Shown here: piece after piece, positions 35,012 to 50,761 of the stretch
How the letters are laid out: each line of letters opens with the position of its first letter
How positions within the stretch are numbered: the first letter of the stretch is position 1
DNA from: the human T2T-CHM13v2.0 reference genome, Homo sapiens
Direction: 5' to 3'
Assembly (NCBI GenBank): GCA_009914755.4
Contig: CP086569.2
Coordinates: forward strand, 13,696,001-13,760,000
DNA: 64,000 bases
Program-made: the position numbers and the translations under genes
The notes under the pieces: generated by a model
The model's database searches: none
What the model saw: the letters and a program-made list of their open reading frames with translations, nothing else
Told to the model about the DNA's origin: nothing

Positions 35012-35071
35012 TGATTTACTATTTCTATCGTGGCAGAATGTGCATAACATAAAAATTCACCCTTTTAATAG

Positions 35072-35444
<373 letters not shown>

Positions 35445-37189
35445 AGTTTTTCTTCTTTTAAATTGAAACTTTATATTCATTAATAATAGCTCCCTCATAT
35501 CCCCATATTGATTTTGAGGTGCTGATTTGGAAACTTTGTTGAATTATTTTATCATAGTGATGTATACTTGTGTGTAATCGTTAGGATTTCAATTTGGATG
35601 CTTTTTGTTTCTTATTTCTTTAATGATTGTCTAGGAGAATTACTGTGTCAAATAGAAGTGGTAAAAGTGCATATCTTTGAGTTGTTCCTGGTCTTAGAGG
35701 AAAAGCTCTTAGTCTTTCATCATTAAAACCTTGTCTTAGACAAGCTTGTCCAACCTGCCTTATTTCATTGTTATGTTTTGTTTTCTTTTAGGCTAAAAGC
35801 AGCCTGAAGCCATGGGTTTTTAGTTTCTGTGTCTAGTGATAAGATTAAACGAGGGTGAGGAAGGAACTTTACTGGCCTATCAAGAAACAGAAACTCAGAA
35901 CCCATGAGTGTATTCTCTCCCTTGGACAATCCTGCCTTAGACCATATTTAAATATTGACTCAGTATGAATCAAAGCTAAACATAATAAATAAAATTTTAT
36001 AAGTTTAAAGGGAAAATTTATGACATTGGATTTGGCAGTGATTTGTTTGATTACATCAAAAGTACAGGCAGCAGAAGAAAAAGTAGATAAAGAATAAAAG
36101 TCATATTCTGATATCCAGTGAAAATATCTCTTAGTAGTTACTGGGATATACATTTATTCTCATGAGAAAGGAAACTTGTGAAGAAATTTCTAAATTCTGT
36201 CAAAAGTTTTGGCAGAAAGGTAGTTAAACACAGGGACACATGTAATTGCAAGAAAGAATACAAGCAGGAAATGGTATATGTAGTAGTCTTATTTTTCTTT
36301 CCTAGTTTGTTTAAATTTCTATGAGTATTGAAAATAAAAATAACATTAAGGGGTAATTATGCATGGTTTTAGTATGTTTGACAATTATATATGGAGAAAA
36401 GTAAATGCTTATTATTTGGCTGTGAAGCTTCTGTATCTTAATGGAAGTGGTAAAATATTAACACTGTGATAATGTAATTCATAAAGCAATTGTATATAAT
36501 TTATACATATATTCTGTATATGTATTTACATACATATATATTTGTGTGTGTTTATGTAAAATTACACAGACATAGACAGCTAAACGTACATACAGAAATA
36601 AGTACAAGTAAAACCTAGAGAAATGTAATTTAAGATTTTGGCTTGTACCAATAATAGTATCCCAATTGTGATACTGTGTTACATAGTTTTGCAAGATGCT
36701 ATTGCTGGGGAAATTGGATAAAAGATATCTTTATTAAAATACAGAAACAGAGAAAACAGCATCTCTGTTATTTCTTAAAACTCCATGTGATTCTACAATT
36801 ATCTCAACTTTTTTAAAAAAAAAATCCAAGCTTGGAAAAAGAAAATAGGAAATCACTAACCAAGAAAAGTTGAAAGAACCATCCCAAGTAACTCTGGAAG
36901 ACAGTGTATTGAGTAGGTACTGTAAAGCTAAATAAAAAGAACTGTACAGAAGTACTAATCTCTGCAATTCTATTTCCAAGTGTTACCAATTCTGGAACTA
37001 CTTTAGATGTTTATTAGAGGTGAACAAATCTAGCACAGATAATAACAGCCAGGATTGTAATTTTTGTAAAGATAAGTTACAGGTAAGGGAAGGTAGGTGG
37101 CTTGAGTGAACAGTGGTATGTAGTTGTAGTCATGTTTATTTTAAACTACATACGTGGTGTGATATGTATGTATGCTTCTTGGTGGTTGT

Positions 37190-37510
<321 letters not shown>

Positions 37511-37667
37511 CTTGTATATATGTTTTAAGTTTAGACACATACATACAGATAGGCGTAGCAATAGAGATATGTGTGTGTGAGCATTGATGTGGTATATACA
37601 CATATATTTCCAAGTTCTGTGCACTGAGAATGTCTAAAAATAATGACCCCAATAATGTAGGTGTCTA

Positions 37668-37790
37668 ACGGTTGGTACCTAGAGCTTAATTTGTACATAG
37701 TTATCTAGGCAGTTGGTATCTAGAGCTTAATTTGTACATAGGTATCTAGCAGTTGGTATCTAGAGTTTAATTTGTAAGTACCATTTTCTG
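37668..37790. repeat. tandem repeat, about 36-bp unit (gttggtatctagagcttaatttgtacatagNtatctagNca) in 3 copies
   Basis: Three direct near-identical units are visible at 37668-37790. Confidence 0.85.
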
Positions 37791-38149
37791 ATGAAAAGGA
37801 ACCAGACCTGCCTGGAAAGTTGGTGTGTTCCCAGGCAGGAGCAGACGACTATGAGCATATTGGCCTAGATGCAAGCCATTAAGGAAATTGTCAAAAAAGA
37901 AAAGAAATAATACCAAGTCAGCATAGGAGCCAACTGAAAAGCTCTCGTGTTTAATATTGAAACAATTTTAGGAAAAAGATAAATAATAATAGTATTAGAT
38001 TATAATACTTAGCATAAAATAAATGCTCATACTGATAGAAGCAAATAACTGAATAAATAAATGAAGGAAATAGAGTAACACCATTAGAGCATCACAGTAA
38101 TAACTGATGCAAGAAAGATTCACTGATTACCAAAATTAGTGGGGAATAG

Positions 38150-38512
<363 letters not shown>

Positions 38513-38573
38513 AGTAAACGGTATATTTTCATATAGGAATTATTAACCTGTTTTGTACCTTAAAACTAGGGGA

Positions 38574-38904
38574 GCAGCCAGGTATGGTGGCTTATGCCTG
38601 TAATCCCAGCACTTTGGGAGGCCAAGGTGCGCGGATCACTTGAGCCCAGGAGTTGAACACTAGCCTGGCTAACATGGTGAAACCTCCATCTCTCCTAAAA
38701 ATACAGAAATTAGCTGGGCATGGTGATGCATACCTGTAGTCCCAGCTACTCAGGAAGCTAAGGGAAGAGGATTGCTTGAACCCAATAAGTTGAGGCTGTG
38801 GTGAGCTGTGATTATATCACTGCACTCCAGCCTGGACAATAGGGCAAGATCCTATCTTAAAAAAAAAACAAAAATGAAAAAGAAAAAAAAAGGAAAGAAA
38901 AAAA
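38574..38904 (+). mobile_element. Alu SINE
   Basis: Begins gcagccaggtatggtggcttatgcctgtaatcccagc and ends with an A-rich tail. Confidence 0.88.
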
Positions 38905-39953
38905 TACAGTGGAGAAAATAGTAAATTAAACCCAAAACAAGCAAAGATTTTTCAGAAGTACTAGAAACCAATGAAGTTGGAAAAAAAAAAAAAAAAAAAG
39001 AAGTGATAGAGAAAGAAACTTTAGAGTAGTGCTAAAAATGAAAACAATGTGTTTTTACTTCTTGTCAGCTTGAAGTAATTTGGACTTAATTTGCCTCCTT
39101 TGGTGAAACAATTTTTTAAAAATATACAGATAAAGTACATTAAACTATGGCTTCAACACATTAGGCATCAGACAAAAAAGGAATATTATTCTTGAGATAG
39201 GAAACAAATGAGAGCCCTGCAGTAGCCTTAGTTAGTCTACAGTGTAGGGTGGGACAGTGAATCAGACCAATGGAATTCCTGACTTAAGGAAACATTGTGG
39301 AGAATCCAAGGAGACTAAAGGATCTAAGGTTTGTAATAGTGCATCAGAGAGCTGCATTAATTCTAGTAATTTTTATTTCTCCTTGAATATTCAAGAGAGA
39401 ACTAAGCACTACATGTAAATCGGGAAACAAATTGGGGTAAGGAAAGAAACACATGAAAGAATTAGAGGGAGCAGTCTAAATTCTCACAGAACAGGAAAAA
39501 TAGCTGTTCCTCCCAGCCACATTAGAAAAACTGTTAGTTCACAGGGTATAGAGTATCTAGAAGAGCCTTGTTCGGTACCAAGGAATACTTATTCCTATAC
39601 TATGCACTGTTTTTGGCTACCTAAAGTGTGAACAGGAAAATCAAACTACGTCTCAAACCAAGCTAGAGAAAGTTTAAAAGAGTACAGAATATCAAGCATT
39701 GAATAAGGTAAAATTCAAAATATCTCTATCTAGTCAAAGATTATCAGGCATGCAAAGAAGCAGGAACATATGACCTACCATGTGAAGAATCAACAAATAG
39801 GTGGACCTGACCTAGAACTGACTCAGATGTTAAACGATAAAAACTTTTAAAAGTTTTTGTAATGTATATTCATATGTTCAAAAAGTTAGAGATAAGCAAA
39901 ATTACAACAAAGCTCTGCAGATGAAGACTTAAAAGAGATGAAAAATACGCTAA

Positions 39954-40265
<312 letters not shown>

Positions 40266-43200
40266 TTAACAGCTGATAACACACTGCAGAAGAAAAGATC
40301 TATTAAATGTATTCATTATAAAACACAAGGGTAAAATGATTTTCTAAAACAAAAGAGTATCACTGAGCTGTGGGACAACCTTAGATGATCTAATTAATTT
40401 CCCCAAAACAGGAGAAGGAAATCAAAAAAAAAAAAAAAGGCATTAGAAGATATGATGGCCTAAAACTAAATAAAAAGTTTTTATTAAGATTCTTCAAGAA
40501 CTACTTTGCTTGATAGCAAAATATGACAAACATTTAAAAATACTGAAACTACAGACCACATTTCTGGTGTTAGATGCACGGTTTCTAAAAATAATTTTGG
40601 AAGTTGAAGTGAACAATGTTAAAGACAATACCTGATGACAAAGGAGAATATATTTTAGGAAAGCTTAGTTGGTTTAAATCAATTAATATACTTACATTAA
40701 ACAAACTAAAAAGGAAACTTATATGATGACTTCAGTAGATGTAAGAAAACATTTGACAAAATAGATTTTCCTGATAAACATCAGCACAACTAATAATGAA
40801 AGAAAACCTGATAAAAGGCATCTGCAGACAGCCTACAGCTATCATGTTGAATGCAAATTCATTATTGTGAGTGGAAAAAAAAAGACAGGAATGGTGGATA
40901 TCGTGTGATTGTATTAGTATTAAAATTATAGAAAATGGAAATATTCTAATTGGCAGAAAGCACAAAGTGGTTGCTTGAGATGGGAAGAATGGGATGGCAG
41001 GGGCAAAATGGAGAGGTTAAAAAGGAAAATCATTTGAGTGTTGGATACATTCATTATCTTGACTGAGGTGATTTTACAAGGGGTGTGTGTATGTGTGTTG
41101 TTATAATTTATCGTTTATGCTTCTGTTTACTGTATATGAACACTCTTTACCGAAACAAACAAAAAAACCAACAACATTGAAAACTAATTGCAGCTTCTGA
41201 ATGCTGAACACTGAAAAAAAACTGCAGAGATCAAAGAAGGTAAAAATTGATAGAAAAAAACTCACAACGATTTTTTTTTCCCACAAGACCATGCAGATAC
41301 CATACTATCCCTTTAATGAAAGATGAAATATTGCTAACATGTCAGTTCTTCCCAAATTGATTTATAAACCTATGTTTTCTATCAGGATATTTACATATAT
41401 TAATTTACCAATTATTAGCATGAAAGGAAAGAGGACAAGGAAAGCTAAAACAATTTGGGAAAGGAAATGATCCAAATTGGAGAACTTCCACTGCGTGATT
41501 TCAAGACTGCCATTAAAGCCACAAAAATTAAAACATGGCATTAATAAAAGGATAGGCACAAAGATTAATACCATGTGTAGCTTTGGAAAATAATGTATAC
41601 TAATATGACTAATGTCCCAGATCATTTAATGAAAAGACTTCGCATTTTTCCCATCTTGGGGAGAGAATGCAAAGTCTTCACTTTTAGTGATTTGGGACAA
41701 CTGGACATTCATATCCTTTCCCCTAAAGTGAACCTCAACCTGTGCCTTATACAAATTTAATGCAAAATGAAACTCAGACCTAGAATGTGAGAATATTGAA
41801 GAAAAACCTTTTGTCACTTTGAATTGTTATCAAACAATATTTAGATGATAATTCATAAATGTTGATACGTGTGACTTCATCAAAAGGAAAGCCATATACT
41901 CTTCCAAAGACGACATTAGGAAAATGAAAAGGCATAGCATGGGAAAAATATTTGCAAAATACATACAAAATAAAGAATTTTCCTAGCTCAATATTAAAAA
42001 GTACATAATTAAAATTCTTAAAATATTTGAAAACTTAACCAAAGAAGATAAATGGTATAAAACTGTGTTCAACATCATTATTCATTAGGGGTTTTTATGT
42101 TAAAACCACAACAGATACAACTACACCCCTGTTTTTTTCTGGTGCTGGTTTGGATCAGGAGTACATGATACTCAGCCGTTACTGATAAAATTTTCCAAAG
42201 TTGTGATCCTTTGGGAAACTGCCAGTTTCTTACAAACTTATTCATAAACTTAATGTACAACTAAGCAGGCTGACTCCTGGATATTTATCAAAATGAACTG
42301 AGGACTAAGATAGAGCCTGTCTGTAGGTATTTATAGCAGCTTTATCAGCAGTGCTAAATTGCTTGTGTCCCAGCAATTTTGGGAACAACTTTTGTCCCTT
42401 GAATGGCTAATAGATAAGTAAATTCTGGTACATTCATATGGTGAAATACAACACGGCAAAGAAAAAGGATTAAGCTATTGACACACTGAGCTGAGTTAAA
42501 GGTTCACATTCATTGTGCTAAAGGAAAGCCTCAAATCTACATCTAACATATAGAAGCCTGACAAAGATGCTGCAAGAAAATTATAGACCAGTAATCCATT
42601 ATGAACATGGATGCAAAATTCCACAACAAAATACTAGCAAACCCAATTTAGCAGCATGTTAAAAGAATATTATATCATGACCAAGTGGGGTTTATTCTAA
42701 GAATATGTGCATGATTCAACAAGTGAAACTAATCAGTGTAATACACCACTTTAATAAATGAGCAAAAAATAGCACATTGTCATCTCAATTGAGATGGAGG
42801 AAACATTTAACAGAACTGCCTTTCATGATAAAAACATGCAGTGAATACAGAACAGAAGGAAACTGCCTCAGCTTAATAAAAGCCATGTATAAAAAACTCT
42901 GAGCAAGCATATTTGTAATATAAAGCTTTTACTCTAAGATAACGAACAAGGCAAAGCTGCCCACTTATACCACCGCTGTTTAATATAATACTGGCAGTCC
43001 TACCCAGCACAGTTAGGCAAGAAAAAAGAAGAGGCATCCACATTGGAAAAGGAGCAGAAAAATTATCTCTGTTTACACATGCTGTGATGTTACATGTATA
43101 AATTTCTGAAGATACTCCTACGAAAACTGTTGGAGTAAATAATTGAATTAGGCAAAGTAGCAGAATGCAAAGTCTCACAAATATCAGTTGCATTTCTATA

Positions 43201-43299
43201 CAATAACAGTAAACAGTCCCAAAAAGAAAGTATGAAAACATTTATATAGCCATCAAAAAATAAAATACTTAGGTATTAATTTAACCAAGGTGGTGAAAG

Positions 43300-43480
43300 A
43301 TTTATATTGCTCTGCCATATAAGATGTGCTTGCTTCCGGTTCCCTGTCCACCATGATTAAGTTTCCTAAGGCCTATCAGTCTTGCTTCCTTACAGCCATG
43401 TGGAACCGAGTCACTTAAACTTTTCTGTATAAATTACCCAGTTTCAGTACTTAACAGCAGTGTGAAGACAGACTAATATG
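43300..43480. repeat. MaLR-type LTR fragment (MST/THE1-like) nested in the L1M
   Basis: ccatgtggaaccgagtcacttaaacttttctgtataaattacccagtttcagtacttaacagcagtgtgaagacagactaatat resembles the 3' end of MaLR LTRs (ccatgtggaactgtgagtcaattaaacctctttcctttataaattacccagtctc). Confidence 0.5.
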
Positions 43481-43757
43481 ACCAAAAGATTTGAATAAAT
43501 GTTTTTTCAAGAAACATACAAATGGCTAAGAGGTACATATAAAAATGTTCAATATTACTAATCATAAAGGCAATGCACAACAAAACTGTATTGAAATACC
43601 ATTTTAGATGTATTATAATGACCATTATAAAAATAGTAATTGCTGGTGAGGCTGTGAAAAAATTGAAACCCTTGTGTACTAAGGGTGGGATTGTAAAATG
43701 GTACAGCCACTGTTGAAAACATATAGTGCTTCCTCAAAAAGTTAAAAGTAGAAGTAC

Positions 43758-44037
43758 AGCCGGGTGTGGTGGCTCATGCTTGTAATCTCAGCACTTTGGG
43801 AGGTGGAGGCGGACAATCACCTGAGGTCGAGTTCGAGACCAGCCGGAAACCCCATCTCTACTAAAAATGCAAAAATTAGCTGGGCGTGGTGGCATACACC
43901 TATAATCTCAGCTATTCAGGAGGCTGGGGCAGGAGAATCACTTGAACTTGGGAAACAGAGGTTGCAGTGAGCCAAGATTGCACCACTGCTCTCTGGCTTT
44001 GATGACACAGCAAGACTCTGTCTCAAAAATAAATCAA
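43758..44037 (+). mobile_element. Alu SINE nested in the L1M (TSD aaagtagaa)
   Basis: Begins agccgggtgtggtggctcatgcttgtaatctcagc. The flanks aaagtagaa| and |aaaagtagaa are duplicated. Confidence 0.88.
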
Positions 44038-45963
44038 TAAAAGTAGAATTACCATATGCTCCAGCAATTTCTCTTATTTCCCTGGTGGGTATAAACCCAA
44101 AGGAATTGAAAGCAGGGTCTCAAAAGAGGTAGTGTACACTCGGTAGTTAGTGACATTCACAGTTGATAAATGTAAAAATATTTTTAGTTTGTATCATCTG
44201 ATAAATTGATAAATCTATATACATATTATGAAATGTTATTCACCATTGAAGGAAATTCTGTAATATGCTACAACATAGATGAGCCTTGAGGACTTTATGC
44301 TAAGTGAAATGATCCAAGTACAAAAACACAAATTCTGTATGATCCCACTTACATGAGGTTGTATTTATAGGTACCAAATGAATGCTGATTTTCAGAGGTT
44401 GTCAATAAGAAGTTTTTAGGGGTTGTTTAATGGGTATAATTTCAGTTTTGCAAGATGAAGAGAGGTCTGAGATGGAATGGTGTAATGGTAGTACAGCAGC
44501 CATCATGAATGTTCTTAATTCCACTAAACTTTACACTTAAATGATTTAAAAAGTAAATGTTGTGTTGTATTTATTTTACCACAGTAATATTAATTAAAAA
44601 CAAAAGAATAAAGCCACATTCCAGTTCATCAGTATTCTTAAAGGGTGGCCTTAAAGTTGAATGAATACTCCAGATGTGGTACCAGATTTCTCTTTATGTA
44701 TTAGTGAAGCCTAACACATTAGCATTTTACCCCTTTATTAGTTACATTGTCCTGTTGACTTGTACTGACAAACTAAAATCTCCTGGTTTTATAAAGAATC
44801 CTACTTGTTCTGTGCTCCTCTCTCTTTAATTTGCTGTCATACTTCTAAATTATCGATTACATTTTTCCTGATTAAATTTAATGTCTTTTTTAAAAAGGAT
44901 AAAAAGTAAATTATGTAAACTCTACCACAATAATAAAAAGGATGGAAACACTAAATCTATATGCTTTCCTGTATGTAATATTCTAGAAAAGGCTACTTCA
45001 GATTTATGAAGAACAGATCAGTGGTTGCCAGGAATTAATAGCAGGAGATTCATTTGGCTTACAAAGTGCTACTATTAGGAAATTTAGGAAGGTACTTAAG
45101 AGATTGTTTGATACTCCAATTGTGGTGGTTACACAGCTGGCTGCCATTTGTAAAACTCACATCCTATGGCTTCAACAGAGTAGCTTCTATTGTATGTGAA
45201 TTTTATTGTATGTATTAATATTTAAAATTTATTTTTAAATTTATAACAATTTTTTTAATTGTGAAAGTTCACCGCAAAGAAAAACACAGTGTACCACCTT
45301 AGCAAGTTCAAAATATTCCCATACCTTTTGCTAAAAATGACATTTTCTGATGCTTATTATTAGGAAAATATTGTTAGATGTTCTCAATAGCTTCCAGAAT
45401 AACCTCTTTCAGCAGCATTAGTTCTCATTTTGTATACTTATCATTGGTATTTTCTTAGGATTGGTTCACCTTTTATGCCTATTTAGATTACTGAAAATAT
45501 GTTTACTCTAGAACGGGGAAACCTTTCACTTTTCACTTGGAAAAATTGCTTTGATGAACAATGGTAACTAAGTGGTAGGATCTTTTCACTATATCACCAG
45601 AAATAAGCAGAATAAAGTTTTAACGCAGTAGTTATAGCATCCACATAAGCATTAGGTTCTTTCTCATGTAAATGTCATTTTTTACTTGAATTGAAAGTGC
45701 TTGAATATACTGTGCTTTATGAAGCAAACATTATTCTAAACCTACTATCCAGCTTAGTCACACCATTTATAACTTTTTGACACTGTAGTATCATTATTAC
45801 TGTAAGCACTTCGATTGTGTTGCATCTGCAAACAATGTGCGTTTCTCCTTTCTATGTGGCTTAAACTCTCAGCTTATGTTTGTCATTGTTATTTTTGTTG
45901 TTATAAAATATGGATATTCTAGGCATGTATTACATAACTCATTTTGTTTCCTTTCCTTCTTAG

Positions 45964-46137
45964 GCTTTGGGGTGAACCTGTTAATCTCCGTGAACAACAT
46001 GATGCCTTAGAGTTTTTTAATTCTTTGGTGGATAGTTTAGATGAAGCTTTAAAAGCTTTAGGACACCCGGCTATACTAAGTAAAGTCCTAGGAGGCTCCT
46101 TTGCTGATCAGAAGATCTGCCAAGGCTGCCCACATAG
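45964..46137 (+). CDS. USP9Y: USP9Y coding exon (R)[57 protein letters not shown] plus AG
   Basis: Acceptor ttccttcttag|G and donor CATAG|gtaagt (GT at 46138-46139). The upstream intron is about 15 kb and contains the L1M. Confidence 0.87.
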
Positions 46138-46542
46138 GTAAGTGCTAATTATGTTTTTAATGTATACTTCGTGTTGTTTTTTTTTTAATAATAGTGTAAA
46201 TCTTTCATTAGTACTTATATAAAAGCAGAGTGTACCAAAAGCCTAGGACTATGAATGAATTAAATTCATATGCATACTACACTATTCTGATTTTTTTCTT
46301 CCCAGGAACATTTGGTTAGTACTTCATTACTTCCTCAATTCATTCTTGTTTGCTTTGTCTTATCCTGTGTCTTAAAATGGCATTTTCCATAAATCTACAC
46401 TTATTCTTTAAATAGACATTTTCTTTTTATGTTCTAACTAGCAATCAGAATATTTAGATGGAACTTCCAAAGATAATTGGCAAGACTGGAGTAGTAACCC
46501 ATTATTCATGGTTTCAGTTTCCACCTCATCGTTCACTTTAGA

Positions 46543-46685
46543 AGGCCGAAGCAGGTGGATCACGAGGTCAGGAGATTGAGACGATCCTGGCCAACATGGT
46601 GAAACCCCATCTCTACAAAAATGCAAAAATTAGCTGAGTGTGGTGGCATGTGCCTGTAATCCCAGCTACTCTTCAAAAAAAAAAA
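46543..46685 (+). mobile_element. truncated Alu, about 400 bp downstream of the exon ending at 46137
   Basis: aggccgaagcaggtggatcacgaggtcaggagattgagacgatcctggccaacatggtgaaaccccatctctacaaaaatgcaaaaattagctgagtgtggtggc...cccagctactcttcaaaaaaaaaaa. Confidence 0.85.
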
Positions 46686-47318
46686 TTAAGTGGAAGACTC
46701 CAGAAATAAACAATTTATAAGTTTTAAACTGTGCCCCATTCTAAATAATGTGATCAAATTTGGGGCTCTCCTGCTTTGTCCTTCTCAGGATGTAAATCAT
46801 CCCTTTTTCCAGCATATCCATACTGTCTCTGTGCCTGTTATCTACTTAGTTGCTGTCTCAGTTGTCAGATTGATTGTCAAAGATATCACACAACTTAGTT
46901 CAAATACCTCTTATTTTACTTAGTAATATTCTGGTAATTCAGATGCGCCAAAGAAAAGGCTAAAAGCGGCTGCTAATCTATTCCTGTGCATCATTTATAA
47001 ATTAAACATAATCACACTTAAGTATGTATGTTTAGGAAGAAAACAGAATATACATAGTATACAGAGTTCAATGCTATCTGAGGTTTTAGCCATCTCTTGG
47101 ATTTTGAAACATCTCCGAAGGAAGTAACATTTAAATGACTTAAATTACTCTCAATTCTTACTATTCTTGAGAAGTGTTACATATGCTTGCACATCAAACC
47201 ACTTAGCAAGATTTGACAAGACAGGAAACAGTAAAAATATCAGTAGCATAAATAAAATATTTATTCTAACTAAACTTGTTATTAGCATCCAAGACTTCTA
47301 TATTATAAGGCATTGGGG

Positions 47319-47624
47319 GTTGTTTTGTTTTGTTCTGTTTTTTGAGATAGAGTCTCACTCTGTCACCCAGGTTGGAATGCAAGGACACAATCACAGCTCA
47401 TTGCAGCCTCAACCTTCCAAGCTCAAGTAGTCCTCTCACCTCAGCTTCCTAAGTAGCTAGCACTGCAGTCACATGCCATAACACCCAGCTAAATTTCGTA
47501 TTTCTTGTAGAATTAGGGTTTCACCATGTTTCCCAGGCTGGACTCGAACTCCAGGTTCAAGCTTTCCTCCTGCCTCAGCCTCCCAAAGTGCTGGGATTAC
47601 AGGCATGAGCCACTACACCTTGCC
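47319..47624 (-). mobile_element. Alu SINE (antisense, old AluJ-like)
   Basis: A T-rich head is followed by a diverged antisense Alu, ending ...gagccactacaccttgcc. Confidence 0.85.
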
Positions 47625-47748
47625 AGAGTATCACTTTTAATTGTAGGATCTTTTAATTATTTTATTCTCTAAGATAGCCTTATACTTCTCTATGGGGTGG
47701 TTCCTGATCAAAAGCAACTTGCATAAGTCATTTATAAATGTAATTTCA

Positions 47749-48085
<337 letters not shown>

Positions 48086-48224
48086 GTTTAGACATTTTGA
48101 AAATATTGGTTAGATGAATGGATTTGATGGTTGACGTGCCTGCCCCATCTCATTTTCTGAGTTTGTAGAAAATTACCATAATCTGTGATGCTGACTCAGT
48201 CCCACATTATTTACTCTCTACTCC

Positions 48225-48412
48225 ACTTATTTATTTATTTATTTATTTAAGACAGGGTCTCACTATGTTTCCCTGGCTGAAGTATAGTGATTATTCAAAA
48301 GTGTGATCATAGCACACAACAGCTTCAAACTCCTGGCCTCAAGTGACCCTCTCCTACATCAGCCTTTTGAGTAGCTGGCACTACAGACAAATGCCACCCC
48401 ACACCTGGCTCT
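48225..48412 (-). mobile_element. partial old Alu/monomer (antisense) with a (TTTA)n tail
   Basis: (ttat)n is followed by ...gacagggtctcactatgtttccctggctg...ctcctggcctcaagtgaccctc...gccaccccacacctggc. Confidence 0.6.
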
Positions 48413-48962
48413 CTGCTTATGTTTACGACTTTATAGACAAGAACACCAGAGGCATTTAAGCATGATAAGTGTTTGAACTTACACATTAGGAAAGTGTTTA
48501 TGACAGAAATTGAGGGACACTTAAAAATAAAGTTCATTAATGGTTTAGTATAGGCTTTTTTTAGAGCTTGATTAATTCTTATTTTTACCTCGTCATGAAT
48601 TACTGTTTAAACAGATAATATGTATCATAGTGTGATAGAACATAAAGAACTTAAGAGGTAAGGCCAAACAAGCTGGTTTTCAAAGCATCATTCCACCTAA
48701 TAAACTGTATCAAATTATTCTTTTTGACTTCCCTACTCAACCCCATTGTCTTAGCTTTAAAGTAGGGATGGATATGTACCTCTAACAGGGCTTTTATCAA
48801 GGTAAAGATGAGCTATAATCTGTGTAAGGAATCTAATACAGTGCCCAGTACAAAATAAGCAACTGATAAAAGATATTACTTATTAATAACATTGTATGAT
48901 TAATATACTTGACATGATGTGTTAAATACTGCATATGTGTTTTTCATCAAGTTCACAGTTAA

Positions 48963-49278
<316 letters not shown>

Positions 49279-49302
49279 GAAGGATAAGATTTAGAAACCA
49301 GG

Positions 49303-49445
49303 CTGGGCACGATGGCTCACACATGTAATCCTAGCATTTGGGGAGGATGAGGCAGAAGGATCACTTGACCCCAGGAGTTGAAGGACAGCATAGTCAAGAG
49401 CAAGAACCCATCTCTACAAAAAACAAAACAAAAAACAAAAAAAAC
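49303..49445 (+). mobile_element. Alu left-monomer fragment (FLAM-like)
   Basis: Begins ggctgggcacgatggctcacacatgtaatcctagcatttggggagg and ends ...acaaaaaacaaaacaaaaaacaaaaaaaa. Confidence 0.7.
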
Positions 49446-49447
49446 TT

Positions 49448-50125
49448 GCCTGGGCATGTTGGTACCCACTTGTAGGCCTAGCCACTAGGGAGGCTGAGGT
49501 GGGAGGATCACCAAAGGCAGCAGTCCCCAACCTTCCAGCACAAGGGACCAGTTTTATGGAAGATCATTTTTTTCACAGACTGAGGATGGGGGGTAGTTTT
49601 GGGGTGATTCAGGTGTCTTACATTTACTGTGCCCTTTATTTCTGTTATTATTACATTATAATATATAATGAAATAATTATACATCTCACCATAATGACCA
49701 TAATGTAGAATCAGTGGGAGCCCTGAGCTTGTTTTCCTGCAGCTATATGGTCCCATCTGGAGGCAGTGGGAGACAGTAACAGATTATCACGCTTTAGATT
49801 CTTACAAGGAGTGCACAACCTACATCACTCACATGTGTAGTTCATAGTAGGGTTCTTGCTCTTTTGAGAATCGAATGCTGTCCCTGATCTGACAAGAGAT
49901 GAAGCTCTGGTGGTAATGCAAGCCATGGGGAGTGGTTTAAATACAGATGAAGCTTCACCAGCTTGCCTACCACTCACTGGCTGCTGTGCAGCCCAGTTCC
50001 CAATAGGACACATATCAGTACTGGCTGGGGATCCCTGGCATAAGCCCAGGAGTTCAAGGCTACAGTGAGCTGATTGTGCCACTGCACGCCAGCCTGAGAA
50101 AAACCCTGTCTCTAAAAGATTAAAA
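49448..50125 (+). mobile_element. Alu split in two (49448-49511 and 50038-50125) by a nested insertion
   Basis: The left part ...ctagggaggctgaggtgggaggatcac stops abruptly. The right part resumes in register as taagcccaggagttcaaggctacagtgagctgattgtgccactgcacgccagcctgag...aaaaaaaaaaaa. Confidence 0.75.
49512..50037. mobile_element. palindromic non-autonomous DNA-transposon-like element (MITE) nested inside the Alu
   Basis: Imperfect inverted termini: cagcagtccccaacc...gggaccagt on the left, and actggctggggatccctg on the right (reverse complement cagggatccccagccagt). The internal sequence ...attcttacaaggagtgcacaacctacatcactcacatgtgtagttcatagtagggttcttgctcttttgagaatc... matches a recurrent human palindromic repeat family that I remember but cannot name with certainty. 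Confidence 0.55.
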
Positions 50126-50186
50126 AAAAAAAAACTAAACCTATAGAATACATTCTTTTAATTTGTTTCATTAATAATATCTTTAG

Positions 50187-50328
50187 GTATGAATGTGAAG
50201 AATCTTTTACAACTTTGAATGTGGATATTAGAAATCATCAAAATCTTCTTGACTCTTTGGAACAGTATATCAAAGGAGATTTATTGGAAGGTGCAAATGC
50301 ATATCATTGTGAAAAATGTGATAAAAAG
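50187..50328 (+). CDS. USP9Y: USP9Y coding exon (R)[47 protein letters not shown]
   Basis: Acceptor atatctttag|G and donor AAG|gtattt (GT at 50329-50330). 1 nt plus 47 codons. Confidence 0.87.
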
Positions 50329-50761
50329 GTATTTTTTTTTACTTTTGAAAAATAATGATTGCATTGAACAGAATAGGAGGACATTGGAGTTGTTTATGCT
50401 CATCTTCAAAATTAACTTCTGCTTTATCTCTGCTGTTACAGTGGTAGCAGAGAGGTGGTCAACATGATAACTGGTTTAAAGCAAAATAACATTGAGAAAA
50501 TACAGTGCGTGGCAGACTAGGAAAAACAGAACATTTTTATTGGGTGAATAATTTTGAAAGTCATAGAATCTTACAAGTTTTTCCATCTCTGCCCTGAAAT
50601 CAATTGCAATTGAATGCTTCAATCTTGAAGAGTTGGTAGTAGAAAACATTATTTTCTTACTCTAGTTTCCTCTTGAAGTAGGGAAGCTTGCTAATTTTAT
50701 TGGGTTACATCAGATTTTCACAACCACGTGTAGTTTCACTAACAGATCTCATTTTTTTGAA

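Noticed and set aside
45964-46137. Possibility that the gene is USP9X rather than USP9Y
   Set aside because: Not fully rejected. Exon sequences differ at many residues from X-type as I recall it and agree with Y-type, so I favour USP9Y at about 0.75 confidence. A database alignment is needed to settle it.
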